Shown in pieces: positions 26,492 to 36,807 of a stretch of 58,103 bases of DNA; position 1 is the stretch's first letter; the number at the start of each line of letters is the position of its first letter. Source of the stretch: Gemmatimonadota bacterium (GTDB lineage Bacteria; Gemmatimonadota; Gemmatimonadetes; Gemmatimonadales; GWC2-71-9); assembly GCA_031431925.1 (NCBI GenBank), contig JANPEL010000298.1, positions 1 to 58,103 on the forward strand, read 5' to 3'. The notes beneath the pieces were generated by a model. It was not told where the DNA came from and made no database searches. It saw only the letters and a program-made list of their open reading frames with translations. The position numbers and the translations under genes were made by a program.

Positions 26492-29137
26492 CTATTTGGC
26501 TTTGAGCCAGTAGCTCACCTTCAGCGCGAGGAAGTTGTCGCCGGGGGCCGAGGTGGCATCCCAAAGCGACCCCGTACTCACGAGATTGCCGGTCGGGAGC
26601 AGGTCGCTCCGGTTTTGCTGCCAGATCAGGAACAGGGTGCTTCCGGCCGACCACTCCCACCGGACCACCAAGTTAGACCGGAATGACAGGATGTTGAAAT
26701 CGGGGCTCGCAAACCCGAAGGTCGCCGCGCCGTCGGTCACGGCGAACCGTCCGCCGGGCTGGCGGGCAATCGTGGTGCCGCCGGCCACGCCGTAGGTTCG
26801 AAGCGCGAAGCTCCGGGCCCGGGCCAATTCGCCAAAGCCATAGAACCGGCCGCTCGCCGCGAACGGTTCGGCATAGCCTTGCACGGTCAGGTTCGGCGAA
26901 AAGGCGTAGTTGAGGCGAAACTGGGTTGCGATGGTACTCTGCTGAACGAACCCGAAAACGTAGCGCCGGCCGAACGTGGCCGCCGAGCCGCCGCCTAACG
27001 TCGCGATGTACTGCTGGGGGTTGACCGAGCGGGTATACCGGGGCGTGACCGACGCCTCCCACTGCGGGCCGGGCCGGGTGGTGATCCCGGCGCTCAGGCT
27101 CGTCGCCGATCCGTCCAGCTCATCGCGGCGATAACTGGCGCCCACGTTCCACGTGGTGCGGGACTGCTGATTGCCCGACAGTCTGGCCTGCACGTTCCAG
27201 CCATCCGGGGTCTGCATGTAGGGTCCGCCCCGGGTCAGGGTATTGCTCATGGCCCGGGGGGCATAGCCGACGCCCAGCCCGAGGTTCCAAAAGTTCCGGA
27301 ACACGAAAGTCGAACTCTGGTTCAAACGAAGGAATTGCCGGTCGAGCCCGAAATCCCACTGCCCGACGACCGAGTGGCCCACTCGGAGATACCGAAACAC
27401 GCGGTTCGGCTTGGTGTCCTGGAGTTGCAGGTCGGCGTTGAAGTCGATGGCGTCGGCCCGGGCCATTTGGCCGATGTCGTTGATCTCGAACCCGGGCGAC
27501 TTGACCCCGACCTGGATGCCCCACAGAGTCAGCCGGCCCGCGTTCTTGTCGGCCCGGACCGAGGCGGTGTACCCGGATAGGGAGGTCCGGAGCGCGTCAT
27601 AGGTGAGGTAGTCGGCGTCGGGACGCTGGAAGTATCGGGCACTCGACCGTTGGACCCGGTCGATGGCCGCGCCTTCACCGGCCACCCGGCTGAACCCGGC
27701 CCAGCCGGTCAGTTCGTATTTGCCCTCCTGGAAGCGGAGCCGCCAATCGACGCCGCCGGTGACGGCATCCCGAGCCAACAGGGCGCCGAGGCCGCCGGCG
27801 TCATCCACCCCCCGGCGCACCCCGGTCAGGACCATGCCTAACGTCGATTGGTCCCGGCCCACCTCCTGCTGGAGCCGGAGCACCCCGAATCCGGCCGGTG
27901 CCTCGACCGCGGAACGGGTGATGAGTCCGGTGGTCGAGTCGTACCCCTCGCCGAATTCCCGGCCCGTGACCGAGGCGAGCAGCCCGACCGAGAGCCGGGA
28001 CGGGAGCCGGCCCGTGACCTTGGCCGCGCCCAGGATGGTGGTGTTGCGGGGTTCATTGACGAAATCACCCGAGGCGCCGCCTCGGGGGCTCGCCCCGATC
28101 CGGCGGGTATAGAAATAGGTGGGCCGCCCGAGAAAACTCTGGGCCCGTCCCGTCAGGATTTCGTTGCCCTCGACGAAGAACGGCCGCCGCTCCTCGAAGA
28201 CGGTCTCAAACGCGGTGAGATTGACCTCGGCCGGGTCGGCCTCGACTTGGCCGAAGTCCGGGTTGACCGTGGCATCGAGGGTCAGGTACGTCCCGAGCCC
28301 GGCCTTGAGATCCGCCCCCGCCCGGCCGACGAATTTCTGATCGAAGGGATTCTTCGGATTCTGGTTCCCGCGGAGCGTCAGGTCGGCGGCGACGTAGGGG
28401 ACCAATTCGATGCCCCGGGCCGAGTTGATGTTGGCGATGCCCTCGAGGGTGCCGAAGAACGACGACCAGCCAGACTGATCGCTGGCCCGGGGAATCATGA
28501 CCCAATAGTGATCGGCATTCTGGTCGGGAATGGCGCGCTGAATGTTGAGGCCCCAGGCCTGGTCGCGGGCCCCGAACCGGAGTTGCGAAAACGGAATCCG
28601 CATCTCGGCGGTCCAGCCGGCGCTGTCTATGCGGACCGCCGCGGTCCAGATCGGCTCGTATTCGTACTGGCGATCGGTTTGGGAGTCCTGCCCGTGATAG
28701 TAGTCGCTGCGGACTCCTCCGGAGGAAATCCCGAAGCTGTAGGCCGTCCGCCGGTCGTGATAGGTATCAAAGGACATTACCAGTAACTCGGCGTTGCTGG
28801 TGCCGTCTCGCCGAGTCACTGCGGTCGGGATGTTCAGAGGGTCGGGCCGGTGGAGCCGGGCGCCGACGTACACCGCGTCGTGGTCGTAGAGAAGCCGGAC
28901 CTCGGTCTTGAAGCCCGGGTCGGCACCTTCGACCGGCAACTTCTCCACGAAGTCGGCAATCGGGACTGCCGCCGCCCACCCGGCGTCATCCATCAATCCA
29001 TCAATGCGAGGAGCCGGGCCGGTGATCCGGACCGCTCGGGCTGTTTTTGGGGTGGGCTGACTTTGGGCAGACTCTGCCACGAGCAACGTCGACAATCCGA
29101 CCAACAGGATCGTGGCTTTTGGGATTCGAACGATCAC
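26492..29137 (-). CDS. Large secreted/outer-membrane protein, DUF5916 / carbohydrate-binding-family-9-like
   Basis: About 881 aa from GTG at 29137, which gives signal peptide VIVRIPKATILLVGLSTLLVAESAQS. The track ATG at 29260 is the alternative start. PRIDGLMDDAGWAAA...ADFVE and YHDRRTAYSFGI resemble DUF5916 proteins. The C-terminus ends in an aromatic-rich beta-barrel-like sequence. Confidence 0.65.
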   Translation of the reverse strand: MIVRIPKATILLVGLSTLLVAESAQSQPTPKTARAVRITGPAPRIDGLMDDAGWAAAVPIADFVEKLPVEGADPGFKTEVRLLYDHDAVYVGARLHRPDPLNIPTAVTRRDGTSNAELLVMSFDTYHDRRTAYSFGISSGGVRSDYYHGQDSQTDRQYEYEPIWTAAVRIDSAGWTAEMRIPFSQLRFGARDQAWGLNIQRAIPDQNADHYWVMIPRASDQSGWSSFFGTLEGIANINSARGIELVPYVAADLTLRGNQNPKNPFDQKFVGRAGADLKAGLGTYLTLDATVNPDFGQVEADPAEVNLTAFETVFEERRPFFVEGNEILTGRAQSFLGRPTYFYTRRIGASPRGGASGDFVNEPRNTTILGAAKVTGRLPSRLSVGLLASVTGREFGEGYDSTTGLITRSAVEAPAGFGVLRLQQEVGRDQSTLGMVLTGVRRGVDDAGGLGALLARDAVTGGVDWRLRFQEGKYELTGWAGFSRVAGEGAAIDRVQRSSARYFQRPDADYLTYDALRTSLSGYTASVRADKNAGRLTLWGIQVGVKSPGFEINDIGQMARADAIDFNADLQLQDTKPNRVFRYLRVGHSVVGQWDFGLDRQFLRLNQSSTFVFRNFWNLGLGVGYAPRAMSNTLTRGGPYMQTPDGWNVQARLSGNQQSRTTWNVGASYRRDELDGSATSLSAGITTRPGPQWEASVTPRYTRSVNPQQYIATLGGGSAATFGRRYVFGFVQQSTIATQFRLNYAFSPNLTVQGYAEPFAASGRFYGFGELARARSFALRTYGVAGGTTIARQPGGRFAVTDGAATFGFASPDFNILSFRSNLVVRWEWSAGSTLFLIWQQNRSDLLPTGNLVSTGSLWDATSAPGDNFLALKVSYWLKAK

Positions 29138-29301
29138 CTGCGATGTCCTTGGTTTTGGTAGTTCAGACGGCGGAACCGCGGTTTGGGTTTCGGCGCCGGG
29201 CCAGATCCGGAACAAACCTAACTCCCCCCGGGCCTTGATCGGGTTGGCCGGCGAGGCCACCCTTGGGGTAACCCGAAAGTCATCCTGTTGCCGGAGCCGC
29301 C

Positions 29302-31329
29302 ATGCGTTTCGCGCTCGCTACCCTCGTCGTCACGGCCACCCGAGCGGCCACCGTTCAGTTGGCCCACGCCGAGGTGGTCCGCTATGAGATCACTCATCGG
29401 CGGGATATTGCCGGTGGCCGCTCGTTCGGTGCGGCCGGCCCGTATGAGTTGATCGAAGGGCGGATCCTGTTCGCGGTCGACCCAGCCAACCGCTACAACG
29501 GTCGGATTGTCGATCTGGGCCTGGCGCCCCGGAATGGGGCCGGCCGGGTGGAGGCATGGGCGGATTTTGCCGCGCTCCGGCCCAAGAACGGGCGGAAGGA
29601 CGGCACCGTCTTGTTCGAAGTGTCGAATCGAGGGCTCAAATACGTCGCGAATCTTCTCGATTTCGGTACCATGGCCGCCCATCCCGAGACCCTCGAGGAT
29701 CTCGGTGATGGTCTCCTGCTCCGGCTCGGTCTCACCATCGTGTGGGTCGGTTGGCAGTTCGATGTGCCGGAGGCCGATCCCGACCGGCTCGGGCTCTCGG
29801 TGCCGGTCGCGGTCGGTCCGCTCGGGGCGGAGATCACCGGGTTGATCCGGTCCGACTGGGTCGTTCCCCGTCCGCTGCGGGTGCTTCCCCTCGCCCACGG
29901 GAGTCACATCGCCTACCCAGTGGCCGATCCCCGATCGCCCGAGAACGTCTTGACCGTGCGGTCGGGACGGTACGCCGCCCGGCAGGTCGTGCCGAGGACC
30001 GAGTGGCGGTTTGCCCGGGACTTCGGCAATGGCCCGGACGTCGACTCCCTGTCGATCTATATGGCCCGGGGGTTTGAACCGGGGCGGATCTATGAACTGG
30101 TGTACCGGAGTCGCGCCCCCCGGCTGGGTGGACTCGGTCTCGCGGTGATCCGCGACGCGATGAGCGCGGCCAAGTATGCGCCGGACAGTCCATTCCCGGC
30201 CCGGCACGTCATCGGCTTCGGGGTGTCGCAGACCGGCCGCCTTCTCCGCCATTTTCTCTACCAAGGATTCAATACCGACGAACGAGGCCGGAAGGTGTTC
30301 GATGGGATGCTCGTTCATGTAGCCGGTGCGGGGCGGGGCAGTTTCAATCACCGGTTTGCCCAGCCGTCAAGAGACGGGCACCGCTTCGACACGTTCTTCT
30401 ACCCGACCGATCTCTTCCCGTTCGCCAGTGCCTCGGCCACCGATCCGGTCACCGGACGGACGGATGGCCTCTATGCCCACCCGTTCAACGCCGCCGATCT
30501 TCCGCGGGTGTTCCAGACCAACACCGGCTACGAGTACTGGGGCCGGGCCGCATCGTTGATTCACACCACGCCGGACGGGGCCCGCGACCTCGCCGTGCCG
30601 CCTAACGAACGACTCTATCACTTGGCCGGCGGGCAGCACGTACCGGGTCCGTTTCCGCCGGTCGACACCACCCGTCATCCAGGGTCCCGGGCGTACCGGA
30701 GCGAACCGCTCGACTACCGGCTGCCGCTTCGGGCGCTGCTGGTCAGCCTGATCGAATGGGTGCGACACGGCACTGAACCGCCGCCGTCGGTCTATCCCCG
30801 AATCGATCGGGGCGAACTCGTGCCGCTCGCGGGTCTCCGGCTGCCGGTGATTGCGGACCTCGGCCGCCCGGCGGTGGTGCACCAACCGGACCGGCTCGAC
30901 TTTGGCCCGCGGTGGAGCCAGGGCATCGCCGACCAGGAGCCCCCGGGAGTCGGGGCGCCATTCCCGGTGCTGGTGCCGCAAGTCGACTCGCTGGCCAATG
31001 AGGTGGGCGGAGTGCGAAGCGTGGAGCTCGAGGTTCCGCTGGCGAGCTATCTACCGTGGAATCTCCGCAAGGGCCAACCGGGCGATACCACTGAAATGAC
31101 GCGGATTCTCGGGACCTATCTGCCCCTCCCGCGGACGGAGGCGGAGCGGGCCGCCGCGAACGATCCCCGGCCAAGTATTGCCAGCCGCTACCCCAATCGG
31201 ACGGCCTACATCGTTGCCGCCCGCCGGGCGGCTGAGGGGTTGGTCCGGCGGCGGATGCTCCTTCGGGATGACGTCGAACGGGCGGTGACGCGTGCCGGGG
31301 CTCAGTGGGACTGGACGATGGCCCGTTAG
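29302..31329 (+). CDS. Secreted conserved protein of unknown function (possibly alpha/beta-hydrolase-like)
   Basis: 675-aa ORF with a signal-like N-terminus MRFALATLVVTATRAATVQLAHA and plausible coding composition. No catalytic motif confidently recognised. Confidence 0.6.
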   Translation: MRFALATLVVTATRAATVQLAHAEVVRYEITHRRDIAGGRSFGAAGPYELIEGRILFAVDPANRYNGRIVDLGLAPRNGAGRVEAWADFAALRPKNGRKDGTVLFEVSNRGLKYVANLLDFGTMAAHPETLEDLGDGLLLRLGLTIVWVGWQFDVPEADPDRLGLSVPVAVGPLGAEITGLIRSDWVVPRPLRVLPLAHGSHIAYPVADPRSPENVLTVRSGRYAARQVVPRTEWRFARDFGNGPDVDSLSIYMARGFEPGRIYELVYRSRAPRLGGLGLAVIRDAMSAAKYAPDSPFPARHVIGFGVSQTGRLLRHFLYQGFNTDERGRKVFDGMLVHVAGAGRGSFNHRFAQPSRDGHRFDTFFYPTDLFPFASASATDPVTGRTDGLYAHPFNAADLPRVFQTNTGYEYWGRAASLIHTTPDGARDLAVPPNERLYHLAGGQHVPGPFPPVDTTRHPGSRAYRSEPLDYRLPLRALLVSLIEWVRHGTEPPPSVYPRIDRGELVPLAGLRLPVIADLGRPAVVHQPDRLDFGPRWSQGIADQEPPGVGAPFPVLVPQVDSLANEVGGVRSVELEVPLASYLPWNLRKGQPGDTTEMTRILGTYLPLPRTEAERAAANDPRPSIASRYPNRTAYIVAARRAAEGLVRRRMLLRDDVERAVTRAGAQWDWTMAR

Positions 31330-32090
31330 GCAGGACCCTCGGCCACGAAATGAGGGTTGTCGAACCCCGGCTTTCCGTACCGGAGGTCCTCGCCGCCGAT
31401 GGTCCGGACCCGCCCCCCGGCCGCCGCCAAAACCGCGTGACCGGCCGCGATATCCCATTCCATCGTGCGGCCGAGTCGGGGATAGAGATCGGCGTCGCCG
31501 GAGGCCACCAGGCACAACTTGAGGGAGGATCCGGCATTGGTGGTCGAGGCCACCCGGCGGCCCTGGAGGAACGCCTCGAGCGCGGCGGCATCGCCGTGGG
31601 AGCGGCTGGCCACGACCACCAACCCCGATGCCGGCACGGCCCGGCAGCGGATCGGGCGCCGGCCGGCCTGATCTTCGACCCAGGCGCCGTGGCCGACGGC
31701 GCCGACGAACAGCCGGTGCAGCGCCGGCGCCAGCACGACCCCGAACACGGGGCGGCCCCGATGCACGAGGGCGATGTTCACCGTGAATTCGCCGTTTCGG
31801 CTGATGAACTCCTTGGTGCCGTCGAGGGGATCGACCAGCCAGAACCAGTCCCCGACCTCCGGGGAATGGCCGGCCGCCACCGCCTCCTCAGCCACCACCG
31901 GGACGCCCGGGGCCAGGCGCTCCAGGGCCGGGGTAATGATCGCCTCGGCCCGGTCGTCGGCCTGGGTCACCGGCGACCGGTCCTCCTTGCCGCGGACGGC
32001 AAAGTCGGTGGCGTAGACCTCCATGATCGCGGCGCCGGCAGCCCGGGCGATGGCGATGACCTCGGCTTGCCAACCGGCCTCGCCGATCAT
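31326..32090 (-). CDS. cysQ: 3'(2'),5'-bisphosphate nucleotidase
   Basis: 254 aa from ATG at 32090. Inositol-monophosphatase-family motifs: [26 protein letters not shown]. Confidence 0.8.
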   Translation of the reverse strand: MIGEAGWQAEVIAIARAAGAAIMEVYATDFAVRGKEDRSPVTQADDRAEAIITPALERLAPGVPVVAEEAVAAGHSPEVGDWFWLVDPLDGTKEFISRNGEFTVNIALVHRGRPVFGVVLAPALHRLFVGAVGHGAWVEDQAGRRPIRCRAVPASGLVVVASRSHGDAAALEAFLQGRRVASTTNAGSSLKLCLVASGDADLYPRLGRTMEWDIAAGHAVLAAAGGRVRTIGGEDLRYGKPGFDNPHFVAEGPA

Positions 32091-32178
32091 CGATTCGTCC
32101 ACGACGCACCTGCCTTTTCTTGGGTTGGGCGGCCAATATACACGCAACTTCGTCCCGGGCTCCGTGGCACAGCCCTTG

Positions 32179-32205
32179 CGCCTGCCCGGCAGGGCCGGGC
32201 AGGCG
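32179..32205. promoter_or_regulatory. Strong GC hairpin in the cysQ/cysD divergent intergenic region
   Basis: Perfect 12-bp stem CGCCTGCCCGGC / GCCGGGCAGGCG with loop AGG, 40 nt upstream of the cysD ATG. No U-tract follows. Confidence 0.35.
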
Positions 32206-32244
32206 ACCCGGGGCACCGATCAGAACACACTACCGAATTGGTCC

Positions 32245-33144
32245 ATGAAACTCACCCACTTGCAGCGCCTGGAAGCCGAAAGCATCCACATCATGCGGGA
32301 GGTCGTCGCCGAGAGCGATCACCCCGTCATGCTCTATTCGGTCGGCAAAGACAGCGCCGTGATGCTACAGCTGGCCAAGAAGGCCTTCCATCCGTCACCG
32401 CCGCCATTTCCGCTCCTTCATGTGGACACGACCTGGAAGTTCCGGGCGATGTATGAGATGCGGGAGCGGATGGCTCGCGAGTTGGGCATGGAGTTGCTGG
32501 TGCATCAGAACCCGGAAGCCAAGGCGCTGGGCGTCAATCCGTTCGACCATGGCTCGCAAGTCCATACCGACATGTGGAAGACCCAGGGCCTCAAACAGGC
32601 GCTCGATCTCCACGGATTCGACGCGGCGTTCGGCGGGGCCCGGCGCGATGAGGAAAAGTCGCGGGCCAAGGAACGGATCTTTTCCTTTCGGAGCGACCAG
32701 CACCGGTGGGACCCCAAACTTCAGCGTCCCGAACTCTGGCGTCTGTACAACGGGCGGAAGCACAAGGGCGAGTCGATTCGGGTGTTTCCGATCTCGAATT
32801 GGACCGAACTGGACGTCTGGCAGTACATCCATCTGGAGAACATTCCGATCGTGCCGCTGTACTTTGCCGCTCCGCGTCCGGTGGTCGAGCGGGACGGCAC
32901 CCTCATCATGGTGGACGACGACCGGATGCGGCTTAAGCCGGGCGAGACGCCGATGATGAAGAAGGTCCGGTTTCGGACCCTGGGTTGCTATCCATTGTCC
33001 GGAGCGATCGAGTCCGAGGCGGATACCCTGGTCCGGATCATCCAGGAGATGCTCCTGACCCGGACGTCGGAGCGGCAGGGCCGGATGATCGACCACGACA
33101 CAGCTGCTTCGATGGAGAAGAAGAAACAAGAGGGGTACTTCTGA
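32245..33144 (+). CDS. cysD: Sulfate adenylyltransferase subunit 2
   Basis: 299 aa from ATG at 32245. [21 protein letters not shown] (PP-loop), [26 protein letters not shown] and the C-terminal [10 protein letters not shown] are classic CysD. Confidence 0.92.
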   Translation: MKLTHLQRLEAESIHIMREVVAESDHPVMLYSVGKDSAVMLQLAKKAFHPSPPPFPLLHVDTTWKFRAMYEMRERMARELGMELLVHQNPEAKALGVNPFDHGSQVHTDMWKTQGLKQALDLHGFDAAFGGARRDEEKSRAKERIFSFRSDQHRWDPKLQRPELWRLYNGRKHKGESIRVFPISNWTELDVWQYIHLENIPIVPLYFAAPRPVVERDGTLIMVDDDRMRLKPGETPMMKKVRFRTLGCYPLSGAIESEADTLVRIIQEMLLTRTSERQGRMIDHDTAASMEKKKQEGYF

Positions 33145-33145
33145 T

Positions 33146-35053
33146 ATGGCGCACGTGTCCGATCTGATCGCCACCGACATCGAAGCCTATTTGCGCCAGC
33201 ACGAGCGGAAGAGCCTGCTGCGGTTCATTACCTGTGGGTCGGTCGACGACGGCAAGAGTACCGTCATCGGCCGGCTGCTCTACGAGTCGAAGATGTTGTT
33301 CGACGACCAACTCGCCGCCATCGAGGCCGACTCGAAGAAGTGGGGCACCCAGGGCGGCGAGATCGACTTCGCCCTGCTGGTCGATGGCCTGGCCGCCGAG
33401 CGAGAACAGGGAATTACCATCGATGTGGCCTACCGGTTCTTCAGTACCGACCGGCGGAAGTTCATCGTGGCCGACACCCCGGGGCACGAGCAATACACCC
33501 GGAACATGATTACCGGCGCTTCCACCGCCGACGTCGCAGTCATCCTGATCGACGCCCGGAAAGGGGTTCTGACCCAGACCCGCCGCCACAGCTACCTGGT
33601 GAGTCTGATCGGGATTCGGAAGGTCGTCCTCGCGATCAACAAGATGGATTTGGTCGATTTCTCGGAGACCACGTTCCGCCAGATCGACGAGCAGTACCGA
33701 TCGTTCGCGGCTCAGATTGGTCTCACCGACATCACCTCGATTCCGCTCTCGGGCCTCAAGGGCGACAACATGGTCGACCCGAGTAAACGTACCCCATGGT
33801 ACCACGGGCCGACCTTGATGGAGTTTCTCGAGACCACCGAGATCGACGAGGAGCGCCTCCAAGCCGGTCCGCTCCGCCTGCCGGTCCAGTGGGTCAACCG
33901 GCCGAACCTCGACTTTCGGGGCTTCTGCGGCGTGATCACCGGCGGGTCCGTCAAACCCGGCGACCGGATTCGGGCCCAGCCGTCCGGCCGGGAAAGCCGG
34001 GTGGCTCGGATTGTCACCGTCGACGGCGATCTCCCTGAAGCAGTGGCCGGCCAGTCGGTGACCCTCACGCTGGACGACGAGATCGATATTTCGCGCGGGG
34101 ATCTCATCTCCGGGGCCGAGTCGCCGGCTGAAGTGGCGGACCAATTCGAGTGCACCATCGTTTGGATGGCCGATGAGCCGATGTTGCCCGGCCGGCCCTA
34201 CCTGCTCAAGATCGGCGCTCGGACGGTCAGCGCCACGATCACCGAGCCGAAGTACAAGGTCAACGTCAATACGATGGAGCACTTGGCGGCCAAGAAGCTC
34301 GACCTGAACGAGATTGGCGTCTGCAACATCGCCCTCGATCGCCCGGTGGCGTTCGACCCCTACAGCGCCAATCGGGATAGCGGCGGTTTCATTCTGATCG
34401 ACCGGATGACCAACAACACGATCGGCGCCGGGATGCTCCATTTCGCGCTCCGCCGTTCCCATAACATCCACCTGCAGCACCTCGACATCGACAAGGGTGC
34501 CCGGGCAGGGCTCAAGGGCCAGCGCCCGGTGGTGCTGTGGTTCACCGGCCTCTCGGGGGCCGGCAAGTCCACCATCGCCAACCTGGTCGAGAAACGGCTT
34601 CACGCGATGGGGCGCCACTCCTACCTGCTCGACGGCGACAATGTGCGTCACGGTCTGAACAAGGATCTGGGCTTCACGGACGCCGACCGGGTCGAGAACA
34701 TTCGTCGGGTGGCTGAGGTGGCCAAGTTGATGGTTGACGCCGGGCTAATCGTGCTGACCGCATTCATCTCACCGTTCCGCTCCGAGCGGGCCTTGGCCCG
34801 GAGTCTCCTCGGCGAGAATGAGTTCGTTGAAATCCACGTCGACACCCCGCTTGACGTGGCGGAGTCGCGGGACGTCAAGGGTCTGTACCAGAAGGCCCGT
34901 CGTGGTGAGCTGACCAACTTCACCGGCATCGACTCCCCCTACGAGCCGCCGGAGACGCCCGACTTGCGAGTCAATACCGTGGGGACCACGGCGGAGCAGG
35001 CGGCGGATCAGGTCATCGAGCGCCTCCGGGTGCTGGGGCTGATCGATCCATGA
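33146..35053 (+). CDS. cysNC: Bifunctional sulfate adenylyltransferase subunit 1 / adenylylsulfate (APS) kinase
   Basis: 635 aa. GTPase motifs [19 protein letters not shown]-terminal APS kinase domain [16 protein letters not shown]...[13 protein letters not shown]. Confidence 0.92.
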   Translation: MAHVSDLIATDIEAYLRQHERKSLLRFITCGSVDDGKSTVIGRLLYESKMLFDDQLAAIEADSKKWGTQGGEIDFALLVDGLAAEREQGITIDVAYRFFSTDRRKFIVADTPGHEQYTRNMITGASTADVAVILIDARKGVLTQTRRHSYLVSLIGIRKVVLAINKMDLVDFSETTFRQIDEQYRSFAAQIGLTDITSIPLSGLKGDNMVDPSKRTPWYHGPTLMEFLETTEIDEERLQAGPLRLPVQWVNRPNLDFRGFCGVITGGSVKPGDRIRAQPSGRESRVARIVTVDGDLPEAVAGQSVTLTLDDEIDISRGDLISGAESPAEVADQFECTIVWMADEPMLPGRPYLLKIGARTVSATITEPKYKVNVNTMEHLAAKKLDLNEIGVCNIALDRPVAFDPYSANRDSGGFILIDRMTNNTIGAGMLHFALRRSHNIHLQHLDIDKGARAGLKGQRPVVLWFTGLSGAGKSTIANLVEKRLHAMGRHSYLLDGDNVRHGLNKDLGFTDADRVENIRRVAEVAKLMVDAGLIVLTAFISPFRSERALARSLLGENEFVEIHVDTPLDVAESRDVKGLYQKARRGELTNFTGIDSPYEPPETPDLRVNTVGTTAEQAADQVIERLRVLGLIDP

Positions 35054-36783
35054 CCCTGCAGCAAGCCGTGGTGACCCTGGCTCTGGCCGTCCTCGTGGTC
35101 GAGTTGGTGCGCGACAAGCGGTCGCCCGCCACCGTGTTCGGCGGAGTGGCGCTGGCGTTTGTGCTGATCGACTACGTCGATATCGACACCAGCCTCCGGC
35201 AACTGACGAATACCGGCTTGGTCACGGTCGTCGTGCTGCTGTTGCTGTCGGTGGTGCTTGACAAAGCCCAATTGCTCGAGGCCGCGGCCGATCGGGTGGT
35301 CCGGGGCCCCTATCGGCTGGCCTTGACCAAGCTCTACGTCGCGACGGCCGCCTATTCGGCATTTCTGAACAACACGGCCGTGGTGGCGTCACTGCTCGGC
35401 CCGCTCCGCCAATCGCGGCAGCACTCACCATCGCGTCTCTTGCTCCCGATGTGCTTCGCTGCCTCGCTCGGCGGGATCCTGACCCTGGTGGGTACCTCCA
35501 CCAATTTGTTGATGAACAGCCTCCTGGTCGGCCGCCAGATGCCGGCGCTCCACATGTTCGATTTGTTCCCGGTCGGGATTCTGATCGTGGTGGCCTGCGG
35601 GATCACGATGGTGCTCCTGTATCCCTCGATTCTCAAGGAACAGCCGCCGGTGGACGATGTGGCGTCGGACTACTTCCTCGAGGCCACGGTGAGCCCGACC
35701 TCTCGCTTGGTGGGCCGCTCCGTGCAGGCCAATGGGCTCCGGAATCTGGCTCATTTGTTTCTCACCGAAATCGTCCGAGGCGGCCGGGTCATCGTGCCCG
35801 TCGAGCCGGACGAGGCGATTCAGGCCAACGACGTCCTGGTCTTCACCGGCGACATCACCCGGCTCGATGTGCTGGCCCAGTTCGACGGGCTCAAGACCCA
35901 CGGTGACCACTACGACTTGCCAACCGATAACTTGGTCGAGGTGGTCGTGGCCGCCCACTCCACCCTGGCCCGGCGGACGATCAAGGAAGCCGATTTTCGT
36001 TCCCAGTTCGACGCGGCGGTGATCGCGGTGCGACGGGGCAGCGAACGACTGGCCGGCGCCATCGCCAACGTGCCGCTCGAGGTGGGCGACACGCTCGTCC
36101 TGGTGGTCGGTCAGGACTTCGAGAAACGCAACAACCTGGCCCGAAACTTCGTCGTCGTCTCCCGCCGCGAGGTGCAGAAGTTCGTGGATCAGCGAAAGGG
36201 GCTCCTCGCGCTCGCCGGGTTCCTGGCCGTGGTGATCCTCTCGGCAGCCGGGGTGTTCGATTTTCTGAAGGGCCTGCTCATTCTGTTGACGATCTTTCTG
36301 GTCACGGGCCTCGTCAAGTCGAGCGACTTGCGGCGGAACATGCCCTATAGCCTGATCATCATCCTGGCGTCGGCCCTGGTGATCTCCCAAGTGATGATCA
36401 ACACCGGCACCGCTGAACTCTTGGCCGGCGGCCTTCTGACCGGGGCGGAGAATCTCGGCCCCTATTGGGCCTTGGGAATCATCTTGTTCGTCACCTGGGT
36501 TTTGACTGAGTTGATGAGCAATAACGCCGCGGCCGCGCTGGCCTTCCCGGTGGCCGTTGGGGTGGCCCAGAAACTCGGACTCGATCCGATGCCGTTCGTC
36601 ATGGCCGTGCTGTATGGGGCGAGTTGCAGCTTCATCACCCCGTACGGGTATCAGACCAACTTGATGGTGATGTCGCCCGGCCGGTACACCCTATCTGATT
36701 TCGTCCGCGGCGGCCTCCCGATCGCGATCGTGTTCTTGATCGTCGCGCTGCTTGCCATCCCGGTGTTCTTCCCCTTTCATTAG
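35050..36783 (+). CDS. SLC13/DASS-family anion permease with two central TrkA-C domains; likely sulfate uptake by context
   Basis: 577 aa with ATGA overlap with the cysNC stop. Multi-TM N- and C-halves flank two RCK-C-like segments (GRSV...L.EI.R, ...TL.LVG). Confidence 0.8.
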   Translation: MTLQQAVVTLALAVLVVELVRDKRSPATVFGGVALAFVLIDYVDIDTSLRQLTNTGLVTVVVLLLLSVVLDKAQLLEAAADRVVRGPYRLALTKLYVATAAYSAFLNNTAVVASLLGPLRQSRQHSPSRLLLPMCFAASLGGILTLVGTSTNLLMNSLLVGRQMPALHMFDLFPVGILIVVACGITMVLLYPSILKEQPPVDDVASDYFLEATVSPTSRLVGRSVQANGLRNLAHLFLTEIVRGGRVIVPVEPDEAIQANDVLVFTGDITRLDVLAQFDGLKTHGDHYDLPTDNLVEVVVAAHSTLARRTIKEADFRSQFDAAVIAVRRGSERLAGAIANVPLEVGDTLVLVVGQDFEKRNNLARNFVVVSRREVQKFVDQRKGLLALAGFLAVVILSAAGVFDFLKGLLILLTIFLVTGLVKSSDLRRNMPYSLIIILASALVISQVMINTGTAELLAGGLLTGAENLGPYWALGIILFVTWVLTELMSNNAAAALAFPVAVGVAQKLGLDPMPFVMAVLYGASCSFITPYGYQTNLMVMSPGRYTLSDFVRGGLPIAIVFLIVALLAIPVFFPFH

Positions 36784-36807
36784 CCCCAGTCAACCGCTGG
36801 AGTTGCC

